Below, in pieces: positions 37,788 to 47,394 of a DNA stretch of 64,000 nucleotides. Positions within the stretch are counted from its first letter, which is position 1, and every line of letters begins with the position of its first letter. This DNA is from Eubacteriales bacterium. Its GTDB lineage: Bacteria; Bacillota; Clostridia; Oscillospirales; CAG-272. The stretch is from contig JAZREL010000062.1 in the NCBI GenBank assembly GCA_045660785.1, positions 11,716-75,715 of the forward strand, given 5' to 3'. The position numbers and the translations under genes are program-made. Under the pieces are notes generated by a model. It saw only the letters and a program-made list of their open reading frames with translations. It searched no databases and had not been told where the DNA came from.

Positions 37788-38630
37788 TTATGCGTACTTA
37801 ACGTTTACGTTGATAATTTCCTTAGGTCTTACCACCTTGCCGTCGAAAAGAGCATAGCCCTTAACTGCATCGGCAAATGATTTCTCGGGGCGGTATGCCT
37901 CGGTGTGAGTAAGTGGGTTGACAAACGCGATAGCGCGCTTAGTTCTGATCATGATATTATCAACTGCACCTGAGTCGGTCTTTGCAACGTTGTTTGAAAG
38001 CTTTACCGTTACGTTGCCGTAGGTTGCGATCTTGCCGTTTTCGAGCATTTGGCTGTTGTTTGTGTCGTTTGACACGTACGCCTGCTTGAAGAGCTTGTAG
38101 AAGCGCGGTGAAACCGTAACTGTGATACCGCTTGCCATGTTGACGTCGTTTTCCTGAAGCTTCTCGATTGCATCGTCGAGAATTGAGAGCACGTTCTCCT
38201 TGGTTACGAGTGTTGGCGCTGATGTGAGCGCGTTAACGGATGAGTCAAGCACCATATTGGCGATGTACTTGTCCATTTCGTTTGCAAGACCCTCGCTTGT
38301 TTCTGCGCTGAGCGCATCCATCAAGCCGCCGATTGCTTGCGCCTTGTCAATGTCACCAACCTTGTAGTTGAAGTATCTGATTTGATTTACGTTTAAGATA
38401 ACGGATGTGTCGCTTACCTCCTTGGCACTGTCGATCTCTCCGCTTGCGTTTTCACGCGTGATTGATTTAATGGTGGGCTTGCCAACGCCGAGAATGTGAA
38501 CGCTGTCGCCCTTTTTGGAAACGTCGCCCTCGTATTGGCGGTTGCAGTCCTCAACGAACACACAAGCGCGCTCGAGCTCTCTGTTGATTGATTCTGACCA
38601 AACTGATGGGATGAAATTTGAATATGCCAT
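37788..38630 (-). CDS. phage major capsid protein (P22 gp5-like, HK97 fold)
   Basis: MAYSNFIPSVWS, NRQYEGDV..KGDSVHI, YFNYKVGDIDKAQ, TEAYRPEKSFADAVKGY..FDGKVVRP; AAGGAG RBS before ATG 38630; follows terminase-portal-scaffold. Confidence 0.85.
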   Translation of the reverse strand: MAYSNFIPSVWSESINRELERACVFVEDCNRQYEGDVSKKGDSVHILGVGKPTIKSITRENASGEIDSAKEVSDTSVILNVNQIRYFNYKVGDIDKAQAIGGLMDALSAETSEGLANEMDKYIANMVLDSSVNALTSAPTLVTKENVLSILDDAIEKLQENDVNMASGITVTVSPRFYKLFKQAYVSNDTNNSQMLENGKIATYGNVTVKLSNNVAKTDSGAVDNIMIRTKRAIAFVNPLTHTEAYRPEKSFADAVKGYALFDGKVVRPKEIINVNVKYA

Positions 38631-38781
38631 AATGTTTTTCTCCTTGCATAATTTTGCGAAGGGCAAGGGAGTGGCGCCAACTATTGCCACAAACTTAATT
38701 TACGCCTAAAGGGCTGACTTTTTGGCTAAATGCTGGCGCGTGTTGCTAAATGACATGAAAATCATAATAAATCCGCTTATA

Positions 38782-39465
38782 TTACCATTTTTGTTGGCTT
38801 TTTCTTATAATATCGTAATTTTTCGAGATTTGCTCGGCACTCATTTTCAAAACCTGCTCTTTTGTGAAGAAAACCTCGCTTGTTTTCTCGCTTGAAGCAA
38901 GAGAGCCGGGGGAAACGAGCTTGTTTTGCAGCGAAACGAGGGATTTTTTGGCAAAATCGCCCTCGATTGCGTTGATTAGGCGCAAATAATTAGTGTAAAG
39001 GTCTGAAATCGATAAATTTTGACCGTTATGGCTTGAAAACAGGCAGAAAAGCTCATCCTTGCGCAGTTTTTTCAAAGAAACACTCGGAAATAGTCTTGAA
39101 AATACTAAATTTTCGTCTTCGCTCAAGGTGGATTGCGATGAGTTTTCCACGCTTTGTTGATTGTCAATTTCAGACAAGGGGTCAAGTATATTTGTTGACG
39201 TGTCTGACTTTTGAATTTTGGAAAGTTTTGCTTCGTCTGTAAAATTAATAGTATTATTTATACTATTTTGCTTGATTTCTGCCTTTTTTTCCGCTTGAGA
39301 GGAGGTGTCATCGTCAAACGTGCATTTTTCCTCACCTGAATTGGGAAAATTCAAAGGATTTTCAGTGTCACCTGTGTCGTTTTTGACATCGATTGCTTCG
39401 ATTTTTGCGCCTGATGTGTCTGAATTCTTCGTGTATTGAGAAATTTTTTCTTTACCTTGCATCAT
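38782..39465 (-). CDS. putative capsid scaffolding protein
   Basis: Between portal and capsid; C-terminal SPGSL...FFTKEQVLKMSAEQISKNYDIIRKSQQKW typical of the gene preceding such capsids; low-complexity N-terminus. Confidence 0.65.
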   Translation of the reverse strand: MMQGKEKISQYTKNSDTSGAKIEAIDVKNDTGDTENPLNFPNSGEEKCTFDDDTSSQAEKKAEIKQNSINNTINFTDEAKLSKIQKSDTSTNILDPLSEIDNQQSVENSSQSTLSEDENLVFSRLFPSVSLKKLRKDELFCLFSSHNGQNLSISDLYTNYLRLINAIEGDFAKKSLVSLQNKLVSPGSLASSEKTSEVFFTKEQVLKMSAEQISKNYDIIRKSQQKW

Positions 39466-41164
39466 TGTACCTCGTTTGCCCCTTTAGCTTTGCAAGCTCT
39501 TCCTTGAGCGAGGTAAGCTCTGATTCCTTTTCGCGGCGAATTTGCTTAAGAATTTCTTCTTTATTTGTAATTGCGGACTCGGGATAAGCGCGAATGTAGG
39601 TTTCAAGCGAGATGCTTCCGTTCTTTAAGCAGGTGTCAAGCAATGAAATATCCGACGCAAGAGATGATTTTGTGCCGCCAACCGCCTCAACGTAAACCTC
39701 GAAGCACGCGCCTTCGTACTCGTTTGAGGAAAATTCATCATACTTTGAGCATTCTTCGCTGTTTTCGACGTTTACTTTATCGATGTAAGCACGCTTAAAG
39801 TAAAAATGTCTTAAAAACTGTGCGACAACCATGCCCTGCTTGCGCTTTGTGTGCCAAAACGAGCTTCTTAATTCGTCAATCGGCACTTGCGCCTGTGATT
39901 GTAGGTAAGCAATTGCCGCACCTGAAAGGTTTGAGCTAAACGCATCGCCCGTCATAACGCTTGATGCGCCGCTCACCGTCCTTGTCATTTCCTCAAGGGC
40001 AAGTGTTATATTCATTGGTGAGCTTGAAAGCTCGCCCTCGGGCATTCTCTTAATTCCCTCGCCCGTGCCTGAAAAATCAATCAATACCTGACCGGGCACG
40101 TTCGAGATTTTTTGGTTGCCGAGTGCGTTTGGCAGGGCGATATATTTGCCCCACGCGCATTGTTGCGCGTTCAGTAGGTTCATCGCGATGTTGAAATTGA
40201 TTGCCTTTTGGTTTGGAATCAACCCTTCAACCTCGCCCATACCGTATATTGAGTGTTCTTTTCTTTCGTACTGCCCGCAAACAATCGGATAAAGCTGCTT
40301 GATTTTATTGCGTTTGTGCGAAAAATGATTGAAGCTTGGGTTAATACCGCTTTCGTTAGCGCTTTGCTCGTTTTTGGCGTTTGATATTTGAGCTAAGAGT
40401 TGATTCATCTCTTTACTGTCGGGAATAATCTTAAACGGCTCGGTCACGGTGTTATATTTCGTTTGTCTTTCGCAATATATCTCGCCGTCCATTTTGAAAT
40501 AGCGCGTTAAGAGAAGCATCGTTTCCTTTTCGAGTGAAATTTCACCCTTCCCCTCACAGGATTCAAGCAAAATTGAGTTAATCAGCTTCGTGTCGGTGAT
40601 GCCTGAAATAAGCTTCTTGACTACAACCTGTGAAGCAATTATAATCCAATCCTGCTTTTGCTCGTCAATCTCCTGCGGATTTGAAAAGAAGACGTTAAGC
40701 GGGTCGATGAGCTCGCACGAAAGAGCGCCAAGCTCGCCGCTTTCATTGGAAATTTCCTCCGAGTCCCAATAATAATGGAAGAAGTACGAGCCCTTTTTGA
40801 TTGCGTCGTCGATTGCTCGTCTGTCTAGCTCATCCTGACCCATTTCGCGGAAGACGCTTGCGGCAAAGCTGTTGAATTTGTCTACGTTTATAAGAGGTGA
40901 GTACGATTTATACTGTATTCTTACGGGAGTAGAGAGAATTGCGCCCTTTTTTGCACGGCAAATCATTTTTACGATATTCACCACAGGGCGCGGTAAATTT
41001 TTTGTGCTTTCCGTTGGCCTTGGCCACTGTCTGCCCTCGTAAAAGTCAACGCACTCCGGTATTTTTTCACGCAAACCCGTCATTGCTTGATTTTCGAGCG
41101 CTTCATTGTAAAGGCGGTAGCATTTTGTTGTCTCACGACTTAAATTTTCTTGCCGTTGAGCCAT
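39452..41164 (-). CDS. phage portal protein (P22-like)
   Basis: FYEGRQW...LPRPVVNIVKMI, IDPLNVFF.NP, SIYGMGEVEGLIPNQKAIN, SGAAIAYLQ; position after terminase. Confidence 0.8.
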   Translation of the reverse strand: MAQRQENLSRETTKCYRLYNEALENQAMTGLREKIPECVDFYEGRQWPRPTESTKNLPRPVVNIVKMICRAKKGAILSTPVRIQYKSYSPLINVDKFNSFAASVFREMGQDELDRRAIDDAIKKGSYFFHYYWDSEEISNESGELGALSCELIDPLNVFFSNPQEIDEQKQDWIIIASQVVVKKLISGITDTKLINSILLESCEGKGEISLEKETMLLLTRYFKMDGEIYCERQTKYNTVTEPFKIIPDSKEMNQLLAQISNAKNEQSANESGINPSFNHFSHKRNKIKQLYPIVCGQYERKEHSIYGMGEVEGLIPNQKAINFNIAMNLLNAQQCAWGKYIALPNALGNQKISNVPGQVLIDFSGTGEGIKRMPEGELSSSPMNITLALEEMTRTVSGASSVMTGDAFSSNLSGAAIAYLQSQAQVPIDELRSSFWHTKRKQGMVVAQFLRHFYFKRAYIDKVNVENSEECSKYDEFSSNEYEGACFEVYVEAVGGTKSSLASDISLLDTCLKNGSISLETYIRAYPESAITNKEEILKQIRREKESELTSLKEELAKLKGQTRYNDAR

Positions 41165-41298
41165 TCGTCAACAACCTCCTTGTATGAAATTTCAGCCACA
41201 GGGTCGGTTGTTTTTGTTTTTTCGAGGCTATTCACTCTTTCCTTTAGCGAATAAACCTCTTTGATTAGTTTTTGAAGGTTTTTCTTTGAAATAAACAT
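41140..41298 (-). CDS. 52-aa hypothetical protein coupled between terminase and portal
   Basis: MFISKKNLQKLIKEVYSLKERVNSLEKTKTTDPVAEISYKEVVDEWLNGKKI*; starts 1 nt after the terminase stop and overlaps the portal start; below the ORF-track cutoff. Confidence 0.6.
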   Translation of the reverse strand: MFISKKNLQKLIKEVYSLKERVNSLEKTKTTDPVAEISYKEVVDEWLNGKKI

Positions 41299-41299
41299 T

Positions 41300-43081
41300 T
41301 TACCACTCCATGTAGTTTTCAGATTGCAAGGGGAAGGGAGTGAAATTTTGCTTCAAAAAGTCAGTGGTGGCATTGGTTGCTTTTGGCTTGTGCTCATAAT
41401 CAATGCCGATAAAGTGTGCAATTGCACTTGCCATAACGAGGTCATCGTGGCTTCCGTCAGCTGCGGCACTTTTTCCGTCGCTTCTTTTTACAAAGGTAGT
41501 CATTTCGTAAAGCGTTTGCCTGTCCGTTTCAAGGTAAATACATTCGCGCATTACCGAAACAAGGTTTGAAATGATAATTGGACGGGTAAGCGCGCTTGTG
41601 ACAAACCCGTAGGATTCAAGCGCGTCGTCGGCTGACTGTCTTTTTGCGTGCGAGTACAGATTTTCGTACCCAAGAGAGCGCAAAACCCTGATGGGGTGTC
41701 TTGAATAGTTTGTTTCAACTCCGATAAGGGCGGTGTTATAATGCTTGCCAAGGCAATAAAGCTGATGTGCAAACAAATCCTCATCTATATTTTTAATATG
41801 TAGAGTTGCAACACAACGCGAGGTTGTATTGTCGATAACCTTTGCAGAAAAGTAGTCCTGACCTGTGCCTGCTGTGTCCGCACCGATAACGTACGGCTTG
41901 ATAAGCCCGTTTGAATTTTCGTTTGGCGCCTCAACTATCGAGATGTAGCCGTTTTCGCTTTCCTCAAATTTAATATCGGTAAGCGTTGTTTTGTATGACC
42001 CGATCTCGCCGCTTGGCAAATATACAGGTAGCGGCTTGATTTTATAGGAGAAATATCCGCGCCTTGATTTTATACTGAAGGTGCTTAGATAATCCCCAAT
42101 TTTTTCCTTGTCAAAAATGCAGTCCCCACTTGAAACGAATGCTTCCTCAGGCGTGCATGGATATTCCTGCCGAATAGAGCTTTTATCAATATAAGAATGA
42201 TATTTCTTTGCATACCAAGCAAGCTGGTCCTTGGTTAAGCCCTTTTTTTCAAGCATCTTAAGTCGGTTATTTAGCCACGTGTCGCCACTTTTTAAGTATT
42301 CGTGCTCGTTTGAGGTGTATTCCTTGGTTTTGTACCACTCGTAGAAAAGATTGTGACAAGCGCCACTGTCCCAAAGCTCCTTTGACTCATTAAAGCCGTT
42401 TGCCGTCGTTTCAAAAATGCAAATTGCATCGCTTGTTGCCGCCTCGCCTATCGATTTTTGCAAATCCTTTATGGGGCACTTGAAAAATGCCGCCTCGGAA
42501 TAGTGAATGAACGAAAGGGTGCGGCTTCTGCCGACGTTTGAGGTTGCCGAGGCAATTCTCCAAGACGAATTTAGCTTGTCAAAGTATAGCTCGTTAACGG
42601 AATTGAATTTTTCCGTCGGGCGTAGCCGCCTTGGCAAGCTGTTATACATTGCTTTTGCCTTATCAACGAAAATTGCCTTGGTGTTGTCGTCACGGTCGGC
42701 AAGCGTAAACCCCGAAAAATTGCGACGGACAACTGCGTAAGCAAGCATAAGCGCCGTAATAAGTGAGGTAAATCCCTGTTGTCTTCCTTTTAATATGAAA
42801 TACGGTTTTTTGCTACACTGTGTCTGTAATTTAGACAAAAAGTCGCGTTGCACGTCGTTTAAAAAGAACGGAACCGTCTCTCTTTTCTTGTCAACAATAG
42901 AGAAGCACGCCTCGATTAAAAGCTCGGGATGCTCCTTGATTTTTTCTCGCAAGCTTTCCGTGTCAAGAATCCTGTCGGCAATCGCGGCGCACAGTGCTTG
43001 GTCCTTTGATATGTCCCTGCTGACTTCCCAAAGCTCACGCCGTTTTTCCACCATTTGGTTTATTGAAATTTCTTCTGCCAT
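41300..43081 (-). CDS. phage terminase large subunit
   Basis: ILKGRQQGFTS (Walker A), FIHYSEAAF (Walker B), FETTANG, QEYP..PEEAF, YVIGADTAG and HDDLVMA nuclease motifs; AAGGAGG RBS before ATG 43081. Confidence 0.92.
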   Translation of the reverse strand: MAEEISINQMVEKRRELWEVSRDISKDQALCAAIADRILDTESLREKIKEHPELLIEACFSIVDKKRETVPFFLNDVQRDFLSKLQTQCSKKPYFILKGRQQGFTSLITALMLAYAVVRRNFSGFTLADRDDNTKAIFVDKAKAMYNSLPRRLRPTEKFNSVNELYFDKLNSSWRIASATSNVGRSRTLSFIHYSEAAFFKCPIKDLQKSIGEAATSDAICIFETTANGFNESKELWDSGACHNLFYEWYKTKEYTSNEHEYLKSGDTWLNNRLKMLEKKGLTKDQLAWYAKKYHSYIDKSSIRQEYPCTPEEAFVSSGDCIFDKEKIGDYLSTFSIKSRRGYFSYKIKPLPVYLPSGEIGSYKTTLTDIKFEESENGYISIVEAPNENSNGLIKPYVIGADTAGTGQDYFSAKVIDNTTSRCVATLHIKNIDEDLFAHQLYCLGKHYNTALIGVETNYSRHPIRVLRSLGYENLYSHAKRQSADDALESYGFVTSALTRPIIISNLVSVMRECIYLETDRQTLYEMTTFVKRSDGKSAAADGSHDDLVMASAIAHFIGIDYEHKPKATNATTDFLKQNFTPFPLQSENYMEW

Positions 43082-43123
43082 TTTTCCTCCTTTCCCTTGC
43101 AAGAGTATTATTGCATAAAAAAA

Positions 43124-43268
43124 GCGGTACCGAGCGGTACAGTTTCGCCAAAAAATGAAAAAATTCTTTGTCACAAGGATTTGCAGCTCTCCCTCCGTCT
43201 GCTTTGCAGCCACCTCCCTCAAAGAAGGAGGCATGGGCGGTACCGAGCGGTACAATTTCACCAAAAAA
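43124..43268 (-). promoter_or_regulatory. duplicated direct-repeat element upstream of terminase
   Basis: GCGGTACCGAGCGGTACA(G/A)TTTC(G/A)CCAAAAA at 43124 and 43237; the proximal copy sits at the -35 position of a TG-C-AATAAT box (43107-43115, minus strand). Confidence 0.6.
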
Positions 43269-43306
43269 AGAAGAAATTTCAGAGAAAACTTTTGACGTCC
43301 ACTCAC

Positions 43307-43335
43307 TTGACATACGCGCGCGCAGGTGATATAAT
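43307..43335 (+). promoter_or_regulatory. sigma-A promoter of the ACT-UPF0210 operon
   Basis: TTGACA, 17-bp spacer, TG-A-TATAAT. Confidence 0.75.
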
Positions 43336-43364
43336 CATTATAATATATAAAAGGAGATTAAAAT

Positions 43365-43634
43365 ATGAAGGCGGTAGTAACTGTAATCGGTAAGGACTCT
43401 GTCGGCATTATTGCTGACGTTAGCGTGGAGTGCGCAAAGCACAACGCAAATATTGTTGATATCACACAAAGCGTACTCAAGGATTATTTTGCAATGATTA
43501 TGCTTGTTGAAATAGAAAAAATGGAAACGGAATTTGCCGTTTTCCAAAAGGAGCTTGCCTCCCTTGGCGAAAAGCGCGGACTTGATATACGCGTAATGCA
43601 CGAGGAAATTTTCAATTCAATGCACCGTATTTAA
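43365..43634 (+). CDS. ACT domain protein (UPF0237)
   Basis: AVVTVIGKD..GIIA.VS...NIVDITQ...EEIFNSMHRI. Confidence 0.92.
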   Translation: MKAVVTVIGKDSVGIIADVSVECAKHNANIVDITQSVLKDYFAMIMLVEIEKMETEFAVFQKELASLGEKRGLDIRVMHEEIFNSMHRI

Positions 43635-43643
43635 GGGGATATT

Positions 43644-45002
43644 ATGGTAAACATTAACGATATACTTGAAACTGTCAATATGATAAAGCAGGAAAATCTT
43701 GATATTCGTACTGTAACTATGGGTATCTCGCTTTTCGACTGCATAAGCGACGACCAAAAGCGTCTTGAAGCAAAAATTTACGATAAAATCACAAAGAGTG
43801 CCGAAAATCTTGTTTCCACAGCAAACGAGCTTGAAGCAAAGTACGGCATTCCGATTATAAATAAGAGAGTTTCCGTAACCCCAATTTCCTTGGTTGGTGC
43901 AGCTTGCGATAAGGACGGCTTCGTTCGCTTGGCACACGTGCTTGAAAGAGCGGCAAACGAGGTTGGCATAAACTTTATCGGCGGCTACGGCGCGCTTGTT
44001 CAAAAGGGAATGACAAAGGGTGCGGCAAATCTTATAGACTCAATTCCCGAGGCGCTTGCAACCACGACAAAGGTTTGCTCAAGCATAAACGTGGCAAGCA
44101 CAAAGGCGGGCATTAATATGGATGCCGTTGCGCGTATGGGTCAAATAATGAAGGAAACGGCGTATCTTACTCGCGATAATGATTCAATCGGCTGTGCAAA
44201 GCTTGTTGTCTTTGCAAATATTCCTGAGGATAACCCCTTTATGGCAGGCGCAATTCACGGCATAGGTGAGCCGGACACCGTTATAAACGTTGGTGTTTCA
44301 GGCCCCGGCGTTGTTGCTTCCGCAATTAAAAGGGAGGGCTTTTGCGACTTTTCGCACCTTGCCGACGTAATAAAAAAGACTGCGTTCAAAATCACGCGCG
44401 TCGGTCAGCTTATTGCTTACGAGGCATCAAAGAAGCTCAATACCCCGTATGGAATTATTGACCTTTCACTTGCACCTACCCCCGCAGTTGGTGACTCCGT
44501 TGCAAGAATCCTTGAAAATATGGGTCTTGAAAGATGCGGCACTCACGGCACGACAGCGGCGCTTGCAATGCTTAACGATGCGGTTAAGAAGGGCGGCGTT
44601 ATGGCTTCGTCCCACGTTGGCGGCTTAAGCGGCGCGTTTATTCCCGTTTCGGAGGACGCAGGTATGATTGAGGCGGCAGAAATGGGCGCACTCAGCATTG
44701 AAAAGCTCGAGGCGATGACCGCGGTTTGCTCCGTTGGTCTTGATATGATTGCCGTTCCGGGGGACACAAGTGCATCAACACTTAGCGGAATTATTGCAGA
44801 CGAAATTGCAATCGGTGTAATTAACAATAAGACAACGGCTGTGCGCTTAATTCCCGTTTACGGAAAGGGCGTTGGCGAAAGCGTTGAGTTTGGCGGCCTT
44901 CTTGGACACGCTCCTATTATGAAGCTCAGCGAATATTCAAGCGAGGACTTTATTGCGCGCGGAGGAAGAATTCCTGCGCCGATCCATAGCTTAAGAAACT
45001 AA
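43644..45002 (+). CDS. UPF0210/DUF711 (PFL-family annotated) protein
   Basis: [48 protein letters not shown]. Confidence 0.92.
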   Translation: MVNINDILETVNMIKQENLDIRTVTMGISLFDCISDDQKRLEAKIYDKITKSAENLVSTANELEAKYGIPIINKRVSVTPISLVGAACDKDGFVRLAHVLERAANEVGINFIGGYGALVQKGMTKGAANLIDSIPEALATTTKVCSSINVASTKAGINMDAVARMGQIMKETAYLTRDNDSIGCAKLVVFANIPEDNPFMAGAIHGIGEPDTVINVGVSGPGVVASAIKREGFCDFSHLADVIKKTAFKITRVGQLIAYEASKKLNTPYGIIDLSLAPTPAVGDSVARILENMGLERCGTHGTTAALAMLNDAVKKGGVMASSHVGGLSGAFIPVSEDAGMIEAAEMGALSIEKLEAMTAVCSVGLDMIAVPGDTSASTLSGIIADEIAIGVINNKTTAVRLIPVYGKGVGESVEFGGLLGHAPIMKLSEYSSEDFIARGGRIPAPIHSLRN

Positions 45003-45060
45003 TAAAATACGCGACCCCGTGTCGGTAATTATCATATTATCGCGCGGAAAAGGAGAAAAT

Positions 45061-46329
45061 ATGAAAAAGCTTGATACAATATGTGTGCAAGGCGGCTACA
45101 AGCCAAAAAGTGGAGAGCCACGCGTTGTGCCGATAGTTCAAAGCACTACCTATTATTATGAAAAGGCAGGCGAAATGGCAGACCTTTTCGACTTAAAGAG
45201 TGAGGGTTATTTCTATACTCGCTTGGCAAACCCAACGGTTGACGCGTTTGAAAAGAAGCTCTGTGAGCTTGACGGCGGCGTTTTGGGAATTGCAACTGCC
45301 TCGGGTATGAGTGCAACGCTTCTTGCTATACTTAATATTGCGGGCGCAGGCGATAATATCGTTGCCTCACGCGCAATTTACGGCGGTAGCTACAACCTAT
45401 TCTCAGTTACATTGCCTAAATATGGAATTACGACAAGGTTTTTTGACCCCGACGACAGCGAGGAGGAGATTGACAAGCTTGTTGACGATAAAACAAGAGC
45501 AATCTTTACCGAAACTATTGCAAATCCAACAATTGTTGTGCTTGATTTTGAAAAAATCGCAAGAATTGCAAAGCGCCACAAGGTTCTTTTTATGGTTGAC
45601 AACACCTTGGTGACACCTGTGCTTTGCCGTCCTCTTGATTTTGGCGCAAACATTGTTATTTATTCATCATCAAAGTATCTTGACGGTCACGCGGTTGCAC
45701 TCGGCGGCTGTATCGTTGATGGCGGTAACTTTGATTTTAACGCAACCGACAGATATCAAGAGTTTTTAGTGCCTGACGAAAGCTACCACGGTCTTGTTTA
45801 TGCATCTCTTGGCAAAACCGCGTTTGGCGTAAAGTGCAGAGTTCAAATGATGCGCGACCTCGGTGCTATTATGAGCCCTGAAAACGCTTTCCTTACAAAT
45901 CTTGGTATGGAAACCTTGGCGCTTCGTATGGAAAGACATTGTCAAAATGCGAAAAAGGTTGCAGAATTCTTATCAAACCATCCAAAGGTTGAGTGGGTGC
46001 TTCATCCATCGCTCGCGGACAATAAATATAACGCGCTTGCAAACAAATATATGCCAAACGGACAAGGCGGTATGATGAGCTTTGGCGTTAAGGGCGGCTG
46101 TGAAAAAGCATCTAAATTTATGGAAGGCCTTGAAATGATTGCTATCGTAACTCACGTTGCAGATAGCCGCAGCTGTGTTTTGCATCCTGCATCAACCACA
46201 CACCGTCAGCTTTCAAGCGCTGACCTTGAAGCGATTGGCATTAAGGACAACTTGGTGCGCCTCTCAGTTGGAATTGAGAACGCGGACGACATAATCGCTG
46301 ACCTCCAAAACGCTCTTGACAGAGTGTAA
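45061..46329 (+). CDS. metY: O-acetylhomoserine sulfhydrylase (PLP)
   Basis: FYTRLANPT, ASGM, VDNT, SSSKYLDGH (PLP Lys), HPASTTHRQL; ATG 45061 after AAAGGAG. Confidence 0.92.
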   Translation: MKKLDTICVQGGYKPKSGEPRVVPIVQSTTYYYEKAGEMADLFDLKSEGYFYTRLANPTVDAFEKKLCELDGGVLGIATASGMSATLLAILNIAGAGDNIVASRAIYGGSYNLFSVTLPKYGITTRFFDPDDSEEEIDKLVDDKTRAIFTETIANPTIVVLDFEKIARIAKRHKVLFMVDNTLVTPVLCRPLDFGANIVIYSSSKYLDGHAVALGGCIVDGGNFDFNATDRYQEFLVPDESYHGLVYASLGKTAFGVKCRVQMMRDLGAIMSPENAFLTNLGMETLALRMERHCQNAKKVAEFLSNHPKVEWVLHPSLADNKYNALANKYMPNGQGGMMSFGVKGGCEKASKFMEGLEMIAIVTHVADSRSCVLHPASTTHRQLSSADLEAIGIKDNLVRLSVGIENADDIIADLQNALDRV

Positions 46330-46393
46330 AAATACGAATTATCGACACAGGGTGGACTTTTTTGTCGGCACACTGTGAAAAAAGGAGAAAGAA

Positions 46394-47302
46394 ATGCCCA
46401 TTATTATTCCAAAGGACATTCCTGCATATTCAACGCTTCTTAACGAGAATATTTTCGTTATGAATCAAGAAAGAGCAATGACACAGGACATCCGCCCTAT
46501 CGAAATTGCCATTCTTAATCTTATGCCCACTAAAATTGAAACGGAAACTCAGCTGATACGCCTTCTTTCCAACTCACCGCTTCAAATTAAGGTTACGCTT
46601 ATCGGTACGGAGAGCTACGTAGGCACACATACTCCGCTTGGTCACCTTCAAAGATTTTACAAAACCTTCTCCGAGGTGAAAAATCAACACTTTGACGGTA
46701 TGATTATCACGGGTGCGCCTGTTGAAATGATGGAGTTTAGCGAGGTTAAGTATTGGAGCGAGCTTACGGAAATTTTAGATTTTGCCAACACAAACGTGCA
46801 AAGCACAATCTTTATTTGTTGGGGCGCGCAGGCGGCAATGCATTATTATTACGGTCTTGATAAACAAATTTTGCCAAAGAAGCTCTTTGGTGTTTTCAAG
46901 CACAAAAAGTTTGTAAACTTCGACCCGATTCTTAAGGGCACGGATGAGGAGTTTTATATGCCGCACTCCCGTCATACAACCGTTGATATAGAGTCAATTC
47001 GCAAGGTTGATGATTTGCTTATTCTTGCCGGCTCAGACAAAATCGGCGCTTCAGTTGTGCGCTCACGCGATGGCAGACGAATATTTCTTATGGGTCATAT
47101 GGAATACGATAAGGATACCTTAAAAAACGAGTATTACCGTGACCTTGGCAAGGGGCTTGACATCGACCCGCCCGAGAATTATTTCAAGGACGAGGAAAAA
47201 ACAAAGGTTGTTCCAAATTGGTATTCCGTTGCTAATTTGATTTATTCAAATTGGCTCAACTACTACGTATATCAAATGACACCGTACGATTGGAAATCTT
47301 AA
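46394..47302 (+). CDS. metA: homoserine O-acetyltransferase (MetA/HTS family)
   Basis: QDIRP..IAILNLMP, ITGAPVE (Glu typical of acetyl specificity), ICWGAQ, PHSR, GHMEY. Confidence 0.93.
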   Translation: MPIIIPKDIPAYSTLLNENIFVMNQERAMTQDIRPIEIAILNLMPTKIETETQLIRLLSNSPLQIKVTLIGTESYVGTHTPLGHLQRFYKTFSEVKNQHFDGMIITGAPVEMMEFSEVKYWSELTEILDFANTNVQSTIFICWGAQAAMHYYYGLDKQILPKKLFGVFKHKKFVNFDPILKGTDEEFYMPHSRHTTVDIESIRKVDDLLILAGSDKIGASVVRSRDGRRIFLMGHMEYDKDTLKNEYYRDLGKGLDIDPPENYFKDEEKTKVVPNWYSVANLIYSNWLNYYVYQMTPYDWKS

Positions 47303-47394
47303 AATTCAGACACAGGGTCTAATAAAAATAAAATAGCGATGGACAAAAAGTCCATCGCTATTTTGTTTAATTGTGATATCAAGGCAAGGTGTGA

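Noticed and set aside
37788..38630. Encapsulin nanocompartment
   Set aside because: The capsid is co-encoded with portal and terminase, indicating DNA packaging rather than protein cargo.
37788..43081. Complete inducible prophage
   Set aside because: No integrase, att repeats, repressor, replication, tail or lysis genes; both flanks are housekeeping genes.
43082..43306. N-terminal extension of the terminase or a small terminase gene
   Set aside because: A strong RBS sits before ATG 43081 and the upstream sequence is occupied by repeats; ORF 43035..43313 lacks an RBS and TerS-like features.
45003..45060. SAM riboswitch or T-box upstream of metY
   Set aside because: The gap is under 60 bp and lacks the conserved motifs.
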